A stretch of DNA of 64,000 bases from Candidatus Latescibacterota bacterium (GTDB lineage: Bacteria > Latescibacterota > UBA2968). The stretch spans positions 2,240,001 to 2,304,000 of the forward strand of contig OZ241986.1 in NCBI GenBank assembly GCA_965204375.1. The letters are read 5' to 3'. The notes beneath the pieces were generated by a model. The model was not told the DNA's origin and ran no database searches. It saw only the letters and a program-made list of their open reading frames with translations. The translations under genes and the position numbers were made by a program. How positions within the stretch are numbered: the first letter of the stretch is position 1; each line of letters opens with the position of its first letter. Below are positions 1 through 10,700 of this stretch, piece after piece.

Positions 1-89
1 TCGCGTCTTCAGATGCACCGGGGCTTTATCGAGACATCCTCAATGGCGAAGACAAAAACATTATCGGTGCCGTCATCAGGTGGTTCTAA
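1..89 (+). CDS. 3' end of a gene entering the window, possibly a zinc-binding dehydrogenase (partial)
   Basis: Frame from position 3 reads ASSDAPGLYRDILNGEDKNIIGAVIRWF-stop (TAA 87-89). It is followed directly by the RBS of the next gene. Confidence 0.5.
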   Translation, partial: ASSDAPGLYRDILNGEDKNIIGAVIRWF

Positions 90-104
90 AAAGGAGCAAT
101 CACA

Positions 105-1157
105 ATGGACAACTTAAAAGTTGGAATTATCGGTCTGGGCGGCATTGCCCGGTCTCACTGCGACGCCATTGAAACCCTGAACAACGTCGAAATCGTCGCC
201 GTTGCCGACCTCATTGAGGAAAAGCGCCGCGAATACATGGGCAAATACGATATACCCAAAAGCTATCCCTCCCACACCGACCTCTTGAAGGACCCCGAAA
301 TCGACGCTGTCGCCATCACCCTGGGCCACCAGCTCCACCATCGCCTCACCGTTGATGCATGCAATGCGGGCAAACACGTCCTGGTAGAAAAACCCATGGC
401 CATCAACCTGGAACAGTGCGACAACATGGTCGCAGCCGCAGCCGATAATCGGGTCAAACTCATGGTTGGCCTGACGCAGCACTACTACGGCACCAGCATC
501 AAAGCAAAAGAAATACTGGACTCTGGCGCACTGGGGCCCGTCATCACCGCCGTGTGTTATATGTCCAAAAACTGGAGCTACGCCGGTCGCCGTCCGCAGT
601 ACCGCAGCCGCTACCACGGCGGGGGCATGTGGTTGACCAATGGCGTACACGTCGTAGATCGGCTCACCTGGATGATCGGCTCACAGGCGGTATCCGTCTC
701 AGCCGCTATTGGAACTCGCGCCCACTACCAGGCTGCTGATGACTCTGCCACGGCCTTCGTTCGCTATAAAAACGGCCTGGCAGGCATTGCCGTAGCCGTT
801 GGATTTGCAGATGGTGCACCCGACCACGAATGTCAGGTCATCTGTGCAAATGGCACATTGCGCTTTTCCGAACACGGCGGGAAATACGTCAAAGTCGGAA
901 AAAACGATCAGTGGGAAAATGTCCCCTTCGACGAACCGCCCTCGACCATGCACAACGAGTGGAAAGCCTTTGCCGAAGCCATCGCCCTGGACATTGAACC
1001 GCCCACCCACGGCGAATGGGCGCGACACATTATGGAAATCCTGTTCGCCGCCGAACAATCTGCTATCACCGGCCGAGAAGTCGCATTGGAAAGCGGACCG
1101 GGCTGGTTCAATCAGAGTTCTGGCTCGCCCGTGACAACACAACACGGCTGGATATGA
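105..1157 (+). CDS. Gfo/Idh/MocA family oxidoreductase
   Basis: N-terminal GIIGLGGIA Rossmann motif, GKHVLVEKP motif, AGGAG RBS upstream. Confidence 0.92.
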   Translation: MDNLKVGIIGLGGIARSHCDAIETLNNVEIVAVADLIEEKRREYMGKYDIPKSYPSHTDLLKDPEIDAVAITLGHQLHHRLTVDACNAGKHVLVEKPMAINLEQCDNMVAAAADNRVKLMVGLTQHYYGTSIKAKEILDSGALGPVITAVCYMSKNWSYAGRRPQYRSRYHGGGMWLTNGVHVVDRLTWMIGSQAVSVSAAIGTRAHYQAADDSATAFVRYKNGLAGIAVAVGFADGAPDHECQVICANGTLRFSEHGGKYVKVGKNDQWENVPFDEPPSTMHNEWKAFAEAIALDIEPPTHGEWARHIMEILFAAEQSAITGREVALESGPGWFNQSSGSPVTTQHGWI

Positions 1158-2248
1158 AAATTTTATTTATCGCGCAGTATGGCCCCTTAGCTGCCAGCAG
1201 CCGCACGCGGGTTTTTGATTACTTGCCTCTGTTGCAGAGGGCGGGCATCATCTGTGAGGTCAGAATCGTGACCCCCGACGATCTGATCAAACGCAATACC
1301 AGAGGCATTTTCTCGCGTCTTCTGTACTATGTCCTATCCTATTTTCGCGCCCTATGGACGGGATGGGCTTGCGTTTTTACAGCGCCGCAATACGATGCCA
1401 TACTGATACAAAAAGCCCTGTTTTCCTTTCCCATACCGCGCCTGTTGCGCCGGTACAAACACAAAATATTTTTTGATTTCGACGACGCTATCTTTACACT
1501 CGAAAATCCCAACGCGGGATGGATCAATCGGTTGCGAACCCAACGGCGCGCAATGGCTGTACCCGCGATGTTGCAGACGGCACACTGCGCGATTGTCGAA
1601 AATGCCTACACCGCTGAATTTGCAGCCCGTTATTGCCCTTATGTTTCACAAATCACGGGACCTATTGATACTGCGCGTTATGTCCCCTCAAAAAAAATAA
1701 CGGGCGAAAAGATCGTATTGGGATGGATTGGAAGCCAGTGGACAACGCAGTATCTGGACATGATTCGAGACCCACTGGTCGTTCTTTCGCGGCGATATTC
1801 CAATTTGGAATTGCGTTTGATTGGTGCAAGCGACTTTGACGTTCCCGATCTGCAAATTGTGCGCCTGGACTGGGCGTTGGAAACCGAAGTTGGTTATTTA
1901 CAGGCATTTGATATTGGCTTGATGCCGCTACCCGACGATCCTTTTACGCGGGGCAAAGGAGGATACAAACTACTGCAATACATGGCCTGCGGATTGCCCG
2001 TGGTGGCGAGTCCAGTCGAAATCAACCGCGAAATCGTCACCCATGGAAAAACCGGATTTTTGGCTGAGACAGACATCGAGTGGATCGAGTTTTTGGGTAC
2101 ATTAATCGAAAATAAAACCCTGCGCAATCGCCTGGGGATTGCCGGTCGCGCCCATGTGATCGCGCATTATGCACTCGAAAAAAGTAGCGAACAATTGCTG
2201 GCTCTTCTGCAGCGGAGCATACACCGATGCGACACGCTTTCACAGTAG
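1154..2248 (+). CDS. Glycosyltransferase family 4
   Basis: Start moved to ATG 1154 (ATGA overlap with the upstream stop; MKILFIAQ). FDFDDAIF, GWIGS and KLLQYMACGLPVVASPV motifs. Confidence 0.9.
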   Translation: MKILFIAQYGPLAASSRTRVFDYLPLLQRAGIICEVRIVTPDDLIKRNTRGIFSRLLYYVLSYFRALWTGWACVFTAPQYDAILIQKALFSFPIPRLLRRYKHKIFFDFDDAIFTLENPNAGWINRLRTQRRAMAVPAMLQTAHCAIVENAYTAEFAARYCPYVSQITGPIDTARYVPSKKITGEKIVLGWIGSQWTTQYLDMIRDPLVVLSRRYSNLELRLIGASDFDVPDLQIVRLDWALETEVGYLQAFDIGLMPLPDDPFTRGKGGYKLLQYMACGLPVVASPVEINREIVTHGKTGFLAETDIEWIEFLGTLIENKTLRNRLGIAGRAHVIAHYALEKSSEQLLALLQRSIHRCDTLSQ

Positions 2249-3054
2249 ATGTCGAAGATTGGTATCAGGGCATCCCAATCTCCAATCAAATGTCCGTGCA
2301 AAGCGAGCCACGCCTTGAGAGAAGTTGCCATCGCTTGCTCGACATAATGGCAGAATACGACGTCCTCGGCACATTCTTTATTCTGGGACCAGTAGCACAG
2401 CATTATCCCGACTTAATACGCCGCATAGCCCGTGAAGGTCACGAATTAGGATGCCATGGATGGTCTCACGATCTGGTCTATGAAATGACCCCCAAGCGAT
2501 TTCGAGAAGAAACGCAACGGGCTTCTGCTGCAATATCCGATGTAACCGCGCAACCCGTAACCGCCTATCGCGCAGCCTATTTTTCCATTACAGCGCGATC
2601 ATTTTGGGCCCTGGATATTTTGGCAGAACTCGACTTTCAGTGCGATTCGAGTATTTTTCCAGTGCATAACTGGCGATATGGGATTCCCGATTTTGAGTTG
2701 TCATCGCGTATTGTAAAAACTGCTTCTGGGCCAATTTGCGAAATTCCAATATCTGTACGCGAAGTGGGAAAAATGCGATTGCCCGTAACCGGAGGCGCGT
2801 ATTTCAGGCTATATCCCTATTTTGTGAGCCGCGCAAATATGCGGGCCGTGAGCAAACAACAGCGGGCTGTGGTCTTTTATCTGCACCCCTGGGAACTCGA
2901 CCCCGATCATCCACGGGTCGCATTTTACTGGAAGGCGCGTTTGACGCACTACGCCAATTTGAAAGCAACAGAACCTCGATTGAGGCGATTATTGACCGAT
3001 TTCTCTTTTTGTCCGCTACGTGAAATTGCAATGCAAATGGGAAAAGACGGATGA
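2227..3054 (+). CDS. Polysaccharide deacetylase (XrtA-system/DUF3473 type)
   Basis: TVDVEDW, TFFILG, HELGCHGWSH, GGAYFRLYP and FYLHPWELDP motifs. Confidence 0.9.
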   Translation: MRHAFTVDVEDWYQGIPISNQMSVQSEPRLERSCHRLLDIMAEYDVLGTFFILGPVAQHYPDLIRRIAREGHELGCHGWSHDLVYEMTPKRFREETQRASAAISDVTAQPVTAYRAAYFSITARSFWALDILAELDFQCDSSIFPVHNWRYGIPDFELSSRIVKTASGPICEIPISVREVGKMRLPVTGGAYFRLYPYFVSRANMRAVSKQQRAVVFYLHPWELDPDHPRVAFYWKARLTHYANLKATEPRLRRLLTDFSFCPLREIAMQMGKDG

Positions 3055-3235
3055 AGTCATAAGACCCCATCTGCGGGAGGTGCGTTTCATCTCAGGTTTC
3101 TAATTGCCTTTAAGCATTCGAGACCTTATATTTAGATGTTTTTGGGTGGGGTACTGTGTCCTGAGATGTATAAAGAGTGGGGATTGTATTTGTCGGAAGA
3201 TATGTCCCGCTCGGCAATGGGAAAGGAATGAATAC

Positions 3236-4210
3236 ATGAGGTTTTTGGTTACGGGCGGTGCGGGTTTTATTGGCTCACATCTGGCCGAACGACTTTTGAA
3301 ACAAGACCACGAAGTTTATGTTTTAGACGATCTTTCAACTGGAGATCTGGACAATGTGCGGCACCTTGAAGGAAATCCGCGGTTTCAAATGAAAGTGGGC
3401 ACAGTGCTCGATCCAGAGACACTCAGGCCCTTAGTCGATTGGAGTGATGTCATTTATCATCTCGCGGCGGCTGTTGGTGTGAATTACGTCATCAACCACC
3501 CATTGCAGTCTTTGACCACGAATATCCGAGGCACCGAACTCCTGTTGGAATTGGCGAACAAAACGAAGAAACGAGTACTTTTGGCTTCGACCTCAGAGGT
3601 TGCGGGAAAGAAAAACGGCAAAGCGACATTTAGTGAAGACGATGATCGCTTATTGGGACCAACAACCGTTGCGCGATGGAATTATTCAACCTCTAAAGCC
3701 GTCGGTGAAATGCTGGGATTGGCTTATTGGAGAGAAAAAAAATTGCCCGTGATCATGGTGCGCTTCTTCAATGTAATTGGTCCCCGACAAAGTCCAGAAT
3801 ACGGCATGGTGGTGCCCCGATTTATCAAGCAGGCATTGTTGGGACATCCCATTACGGTATATAACGACGGCGAACAAAGGCGGTGTTTTACCGATATAGA
3901 AGATGCCTTAGATGGATTGACAGCACTGATGGAACACGACCAAACGCCGGGCGAAATTTTCAATTTGGGTGGAAATCACGAGACCAATGAGATTTGTATC
4001 AAGGGCCTCGCTGAAAAAATCAAAGTGCTGACGGAAAGCGATTCACCCATTGAATTTGTGCCTTATGATAAGGCATTTGCAAAGGGTTCTTACGAAGACC
4101 TCAATTATCGCGTTCCCGATTTGACCAAGATCAAAAAATTAACGGGTTATAATCCCAAAATCAGTTTGGATACCACATTGCGGCGCATTATTGAATACTA
4201 CGAATCGTGA
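3236..4210 (+). CDS. NAD-dependent nucleotide-sugar epimerase/dehydratase
   Basis: Start moved to ATG 3236 (MRFLVTGGAGFIGSH). YxxxK motif (YSTSK), RFFNVIGPRQ. Confidence 0.9.
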   Translation: MRFLVTGGAGFIGSHLAERLLKQDHEVYVLDDLSTGDLDNVRHLEGNPRFQMKVGTVLDPETLRPLVDWSDVIYHLAAAVGVNYVINHPLQSLTTNIRGTELLLELANKTKKRVLLASTSEVAGKKNGKATFSEDDDRLLGPTTVARWNYSTSKAVGEMLGLAYWREKKLPVIMVRFFNVIGPRQSPEYGMVVPRFIKQALLGHPITVYNDGEQRRCFTDIEDALDGLTALMEHDQTPGEIFNLGGNHETNEICIKGLAEKIKVLTESDSPIEFVPYDKAFAKGSYEDLNYRVPDLTKIKKLTGYNPKISLDTTLRRIIEYYES

Positions 4211-4281
4211 TGCCCGCTTTACTCTTTTTTACAAACGGCGTTTGCATTGCCCATCGGGAGGTGTAAACGCCAATTTTTGTT

Positions 4282-5430
4282 ATGAACCGACGTCCCAAAA
4301 TACTCCATACCATGACCTGGCTTGCACCCGGTGGCGGCGCAGACCGAAATGTGTATCTTTCGATGAAGGGCATGCGAAAGGATTACGAAATACACCTCGT
4401 CGTTGGACGGCAAATCGAGCGGGACGATTTGTTAAAACTACACGGCGTTACCGCGCATATATGCCCATACTTAGACCGGGAAATCAGACCCTGGCGCGAT
4501 TTTCGCGCACTGTTATGGTTCATGCGATTGATTCAGCGCGAGCGATTTGACCTGGTTCACACCCATGAAAGCAAAGCGAGCTTGCTCGGACGCCTCGCCG
4601 CGCGATTGGTCGGCTGCAAGCATATCATCTACGGACTTCACGGTGTGGTTTTTAACGATCCAGTCAATCGCATCAAACGGCAATTCTACATTGCACTCGA
4701 AAAAATGACGATATGGGCTTGCGATTTGATCATAGCCGTTGGTCGGGACACAATTCGGCACTATCATCGGGAGAATATAGGTCGCAGCATTCCCCATCAG
4801 GTCGTTTATAGCGGCATCGATGTTACAGAGTTTGAACGGCACCTGAACAATGTGTCAAAAGACGCTTTTCGGCGCGACATAGGCATACCTGACGACGCGC
4901 CCGTACTCGTCAATATTGGCCGTTTTTCACCCGCCAAAGCACAACATTATACCATTGAGGCATTTGCCAGATTGCAATGTCCCGAAGCCAGATTGTTATT
5001 GGTAGGGGAAGGATCCGAGCGCGTAGCGTGTGAGCGGCTTTGCGTCGAATTGGGCATCGCAGATCGGGTTATTTTCCCGGGATTTTTCCGGGATATTACA
5101 CCTGCGTATGCGATTGCCTCTGTGCATGTCCTGTCCTCTTTGCGCGAGGGCTTGTCCGGCGTTGCTGTGGAAGCATCCCTCGCGCGGGTCCCTACAGTAT
5201 CGTTCGAAGTCGAAGGCATACGAGAGATTGTAACACATGGGCAATCGGGCTTTGTCGTGCCACAAGGCGATATCGAGGCGATGGTGAGATATTTGGAAAA
5301 ACTGATCGGAGATTCTCAAATGTGTCACACATTTGGAGAACGCGCATCCCAGCACGCGATTGCGCGATGGGATCACCGCGTTATGGTGCAAAAATTGGAT
5401 ACGATTTATCGACAAAGGCTCAAAATATGA
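4282..5430 (+). CDS. Glycosyltransferase family 4
   Basis: GGA motif, HTHESKA, GRFSPAK, EGLSGVAVEA (ExxxxxxxE). Confidence 0.9.
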   Translation: MNRRPKILHTMTWLAPGGGADRNVYLSMKGMRKDYEIHLVVGRQIERDDLLKLHGVTAHICPYLDREIRPWRDFRALLWFMRLIQRERFDLVHTHESKASLLGRLAARLVGCKHIIYGLHGVVFNDPVNRIKRQFYIALEKMTIWACDLIIAVGRDTIRHYHRENIGRSIPHQVVYSGIDVTEFERHLNNVSKDAFRRDIGIPDDAPVLVNIGRFSPAKAQHYTIEAFARLQCPEARLLLVGEGSERVACERLCVELGIADRVIFPGFFRDITPAYAIASVHVLSSLREGLSGVAVEASLARVPTVSFEVEGIREIVTHGQSGFVVPQGDIEAMVRYLEKLIGDSQMCHTFGERASQHAIARWDHRVMVQKLDTIYRQRLKI

Positions 5431-6122
5431 AACCGCGCAAAATGAGATACGGCTGTACCAGCAGTACATCAACGCGGGCTGTCGGGCAGTTTTTTGATAT
5501 TTATGCCAAAAATTTTGATGCGATCTACGGGCATACAAGACATCGAAGCGCGCTCGGCAGATGGGTAGATCGCACATTTCGGCAGGTGATGATGCGGCGT
5601 TTTGAGGAAACGCTTCGGCAAACAACAAAACAAGAGATTCATTCTGTCTTAGACATCGGGTGTGGTCCGGGGCGATACACGGCTGCGTTTGCACTTCAGG
5701 GAAAAGAAGTCGTGGGAGTAGATATTGCCGAAGAAATGCTAAAAATTGCACAGGACAATATCGACGCGATCAATGTAAGTGCAGACCTCGTTCTGGACGA
5801 TTATCTGTCTGTTCATTTTGACCAGATATTTGACGCAGCGTGTTTGATGGGATTTTTTGATTATATTGAAGATCCTGTACCGATTTTAAAAAAATTGGCA
5901 ACAGAAGTAACGGGCGAATTTTATGCGAGCTTTCCAAAAGCGGGCGGATTTTTGGCCTGGCAGCGGCGTATCCGATACCGCTTGCGAAGATGTCCGCTGT
6001 GGTTATACACCAAACGCGATGTTGAAGACGCACTGATTGCAAGCGGATTTGCTGGATGCTACGAAATTCGAGATTTTGGACGCGATTGGTATGTGGTCGT
6101 CCAAATGCAGAGCACAAGGTGA
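5427..6122 (+). CDS. Class I SAM-dependent methyltransferase
   Basis: ATGA-coupled start at 5427; VLDIGCGPG and GVDIAEEML motifs. Confidence 0.85.
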   Translation: MKPRKMRYGCTSSTSTRAVGQFFDIYAKNFDAIYGHTRHRSALGRWVDRTFRQVMMRRFEETLRQTTKQEIHSVLDIGCGPGRYTAAFALQGKEVVGVDIAEEMLKIAQDNIDAINVSADLVLDDYLSVHFDQIFDAACLMGFFDYIEDPVPILKKLATEVTGEFYASFPKAGGFLAWQRRIRYRLRRCPLWLYTKRDVEDALIASGFAGCYEIRDFGRDWYVVVQMQSTR

Positions 6123-7690
6123 CCCCCTCTCATCAGCCGTTTTTTTCAGCTATGTCAAAAGGTCTCACATTTTTGAAGCTATGTGCCGCCGCGGCCTTTG
6201 CAATGCTGGCGTGGATCGCTTCGGGCATCTCATTATTGGATGATGATTGGGGCCATCTCAAATTGGCATCCAAAGGCTTTGTCTTCGCTTTGACAACCGG
6301 ATGGGAGGGCCTGATTGGGCAAGGGGGATATTATCGTCCGGCAGTCGTTTTATCATTTTATCTGGACTATTTAATCGGTGGGTACGCGCCCGCTATTTAT
6401 CACATCCACAATATTTTGATTCACGCGGGATGCGCGTATCTCGTTTTTTTCTTTGCGCGATGCCTCTCCATAGACTCCGCAGTGGCCTGGGGCGCCGCGC
6501 TTTTGTTTTTTGTGCTACCCATTCACACCGATTCCATCTTCTGGATTGTCGGGCGCACAGATCTCTTGTGTGCGTTATTTTATCTGGGCGCGTTGATTTT
6601 CTTTTTAAAATATATGGAGCGCTATTCTACCGGCGCGTTATTGGGACTTGCCGCTTGTAGTGCACTCGCTTTTTTGTCCAAAGAAATGGCCATCTCCCTG
6701 CCTATCGCACTCGCGGCACTGGTCGCGTATCGCAAAGCGTGGAAAACAGCACAGGCGCGGCGCGGATTGGCTGTTGCCTGTATCGTATTGCTCGCGTATT
6801 TTGGCATCCGATGGCTCGTGCTGGGCAGCGTATTGGGAGGGACACCCCGCGCATCAATTATAGATTGGGCACGCGACGGCGTGAAAGCTGTGGCAAAATT
6901 TGGGATGAGTGATATCTGGTGGCTGGGCATTGCATTGGTGATCGGAAGTGCTGGAATTTTTATTTATCAACATGGTCGCGGCATCCTGCACAAAGACGCA
7001 GGGTTTTGTCGCCCATTTGCCCTACTCCTGATCTTCCTCCTCGGCGTGAGCCTCGCCCCGGCATTGGGGCATTTGCACAACTGGTATTTGTATTTGCCCT
7101 CCGCCTTCTTTTGTCTGGGTATCTCTACTATCTGGCTAAACAAAAAACAGCCAGTTCTCTTTACTCTCTTTGCCGTTCTAATTCTGTATTACGGGGTGGT
7201 AATCGGACGCGAGGGCTTTTTCTGGCGCGAAGCTTCGCAAATGAGCGAAAATGCGATTGCCAATTTGATGCCCCATGCGCGGACAACGACTGGCACGTTA
7301 TTCGTCTGTAACGTGCCCTCGGCGTGGACACCCCCCGGTGCGTTCAGTGGCAAACCGCTATTTGCTTATGCACTCAAAAATGCACTTGCCATGCGGTCGT
7401 CTCAACCGTTGCAAGCTAAAATTGCAATGGTGAACCATGTCTGGTTGACTGATGATTTTGCGTATCGCATTCACATAACAAATACGGGTTTTGATCTGGC
7501 GATTGCAAAAGGCGGCTTCTTTTCGTTTCACAGCAAGGGACAGGGACAAACACCGCCTTTTGAAATTGACCAAACCTGGGGGCGTGTAGTGGTACACGCA
7601 ACCGATTCTCTCTCAATCGCGCTGAATATACAACCTGAGGATCGCGTGGTAATTTACAACAAGGGTGAATTTGAGAAATTGTGGCCGTAA
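6119..7690 (+). CDS. GT-C fold membrane glycosyltransferase (TMTC/PMT-like, no TPR repeats)
   Basis: GTGA overlap at 6119 (alternative start ATG 6152). DD motif after TM1, YYRP, YHIHNILIH, PIHTDSIFWIVGRTDLL and LSKE motifs; many hydrophobic helices. Confidence 0.75.
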   Translation: MTPSHQPFFSAMSKGLTFLKLCAAAAFAMLAWIASGISLLDDDWGHLKLASKGFVFALTTGWEGLIGQGGYYRPAVVLSFYLDYLIGGYAPAIYHIHNILIHAGCAYLVFFFARCLSIDSAVAWGAALLFFVLPIHTDSIFWIVGRTDLLCALFYLGALIFFLKYMERYSTGALLGLAACSALAFLSKEMAISLPIALAALVAYRKAWKTAQARRGLAVACIVLLAYFGIRWLVLGSVLGGTPRASIIDWARDGVKAVAKFGMSDIWWLGIALVIGSAGIFIYQHGRGILHKDAGFCRPFALLLIFLLGVSLAPALGHLHNWYLYLPSAFFCLGISTIWLNKKQPVLFTLFAVLILYYGVVIGREGFFWREASQMSENAIANLMPHARTTTGTLFVCNVPSAWTPPGAFSGKPLFAYALKNALAMRSSQPLQAKIAMVNHVWLTDDFAYRIHITNTGFDLAIAKGGFFSFHSKGQGQTPPFEIDQTWGRVVVHATDSLSIALNIQPEDRVVIYNKGEFEKLWP

Positions 7691-7703
7691 AAAAGGTACA
7701 CTC

Positions 7704-10700
7704 ATGAAAACTTTCTCGCATTTGATTCCCGCAATCACTTTACTAATCGCGACGAGCATCGCACACGCGGGAAACGTGCGCGTGGTGGCAACGGGTGAAA
7801 ACTGGGTGGAAGTTGTGGTGGATGCGTCTGATTTAAGCATCACCTCAGAATCTTCCTATGATCGCATAGATGTGCCGGGATGGATGTGGTTGCACCAACC
7901 GGGAGCACCTGCTGTACCTGTGCGCGGTGCAACATTGGGCATGCCTTATGGTTCGCGCGCGGTCGTTCAAGTGCTCGATGCAAACTATGAGGAAATCGAC
8001 GGACTAAATCTAATGCCCGTGCCACAGACGCAGTTGTTGGGATCTGAACAATATCCGTTTTCGAGATCAGTTTACCTGAAGGACGAGACAATTTACGACA
8101 CACCGGGATTTTATCCCGGAGCAGAAGCTGTTGTGGCACACACGGGCATCTTGCGCGATCAACAAGTCGCGATTCTGTCTCTGCGTCCCGTGCAGTACGA
8201 TCCTGTTCAGCGCAGGCTTCGAATTGCGCGGCAGTTGCGCGTGCGCGTGTTATTTGTCGCGGACGAAACGCGCCCCCCTATTCGGCTTTTGAGAGACACT
8301 GACGATTTTGACTCCATCTATCAAAAGGGATTGCTCAACCCCGAACAGGCGCACTTTTGGCGCGGACGACGCATTCGTGCGACAAAACGCATCCAGGATT
8401 GGTACGACCCCCTGGCCACGTATTACAAGATCAGAATTTCTGAAGATGGTCTCTACCGATTGGATGCGCGCTGGTTCTCCGAATCCGGCATTGTATTGGC
8501 ACCGGGAGATTTAGATCGGTTGCAGATATTTTTAGACGGGGATGAAATCTCGCTACTCGTTGAAGATGGAGGAGATGGCGTATTAGATGAGGGCGATGGG
8601 GTGCTGTTTTGGGGCGCATTTCGGCGCGCGCCAGATAGAGATTTTGAAAGCGAGTACGGCACAGAGCGCGTCTATTTCCTGCGTATTGGTCGAGAATCTG
8701 GCTCGCGATATACACACGCTGAGGGTACATCTACCAATGAGGTTTTGACGCAATTTTTATCGCGCAAACACGTTGAAATCGATTCGATCTACGAAGCCCT
8801 GGGACATGCGCGAAATGCCAACCGCGATCACTGGTTCTGGCAGCGCACTGCATCCCCGTCTCGCCCAGACGATATGCCCACAGACGTCGTAATGCCCGTG
8901 CCTTTACCGGGGCTGGCACGCGAATCAGGTAGCAATGCGCAAATTCGTCTGGGCATGCATTCGTTGACCCTGAACCAGAACATAAACCCCGATCACTACG
9001 CAGTCATACAAATTCAGGATGGCCCGCTCATCGCAGAAGAACGCTGGGATGGACAGGAAGCCCATATCGCGACGGGCACAGTACCCGTATCGGCATTGTC
9101 AGATACGACATACGTGGTATTGCAAACGCCCGGCGATCCCTCGTTTCCACTTGAACCGGTTCCCTACGTTGATCACGTGTATTTCAACTGGGTGGAGATT
9201 ACCTATCCACGACGCTTTGAGGCCATAGATGGCATGCTGCGTTTTAATCCGGGCATTGTGCTTTCACCGCGCGCGATTTCAATTCCCAATCTTGAACACG
9301 AACGGGCTATAGTCTTGAATTTGGACAAGAACAAGATCATCGGCACGGTACAGGCCGATGAAGGAATTAGATTTGAGATTGCCGAAAGTGGCGATTTTAT
9401 CGCGGTAGATGAAACATCGATAAAAACACCCGAACGCGCAGAACGCGACACCCCTTATGATTTGCGCGGATTCTCTGGCGCGGATTACGTGATTATCACA
9501 GGTGCGGATTTTATGGATGCTGCCGAGCGTCTGGCTGCACATCGGCAAGGACAGGGATTATTCACACTGGTAGTCGATGTAGCCGATGTTTATGACGAGT
9601 TTTCCTTTGGACAAGTCGATGCCGAGGCCATTCGCCGTTTTGTACAATACGGATTTCACACCTGGACAAAACGTCCCGTGTACGTCTTATTACTCGGGGA
9701 ATTCAGCTTTGATTATCGCAATATATTTGGAGAAAATCTGATCGCGCGTCACAACCTCGTGCCAGGCATGCCTTTTCAATCTCCCAACCGAGGTCTGGCA
9801 TTTACCGATGAGTTTTTTGGGCGGGTGGATGATGATTTGTTTATGGACGTATTTGTGGGGCGATTTTCCGTGCGACGCGCATCGCAGGCCAATACAGTTG
9901 TGCAAAAAGTAATCGCTTATGACGAAACACCGTCGGCACAATGGCGCAATCGCATGTTGCTAATGGCAAATTGGGATCCACAGGGAGGGACGTACAAATT
10001 TATCGCGCCGAGTGATACGCTGGCAACAATTACGCACGCTATCGGGCTGGAGAATTTCAAGGTATATCACGACGCAGATACACCGCCCGAGCCCAATGCC
10101 TCATCCCGCGAAGTTATTCGGCAGATCAATGAGGGGCGTCTGATTGTAAATTTTATGGGACATGGCAGTGCCTCATCGATGTCCAAATTTATTGCCGGAA
10201 CATTTCAGCGAGGGGCGTTCGATTACATGAGCCAAATACGAAACCGCGAACGCCTACCCCTATTTATCGGAATGTCGTGTCTAAATGGTTTGTACTGGGA
10301 CCCGCGCATCATAAGTTTAGCCGAAGAAATGACCAACAAACCCGATGGAGGGGCAATAGCGTACATATCGGCGTCTTCTCTCTCTTTTATTCGCATTAAC
10401 AACCAGCTCAACACCGCGCTATTCCGACATATACTTGAAGATGGCGTACTGGCTTTCGGACACAGTCTCGCTCTGGGCAAAATGACCGAACTCGTCGCTC
10501 TCCCTTCGAGTGAACTGGGATTGGTGGGGATGAACCTGATCGGCGATCCCGCACAACAAATCGCAGTACCACAAAGCCCGGATTTTGTACTTGGCGATGC
10601 TGCGTTGCAGTTAGACCAGCAGGGCGAACTGACTACGGCGGACTCGGTTCGGGTGACACTCCGCGTAGATAATTGGGGTATTCTGCCCAAACGCAGTGTG

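Noticed and set aside
1016-1153. Upstream extensions of several ORFs (starts at 1016, 3104, 5040, 6056, 7665, 21124, 22695, 34078, 43158)
   Set aside because: They overlap neighbouring genes or lack an RBS; downstream starts fit the motifs and coupling better.
3088-3168. 9-bp inverted repeat CATCTCAGG/CCTGAGATG in an intergenic gap
   Set aside because: The arms are 63 bp apart with no further pairing, target duplication or recognisable RNA motif; it may be chance.
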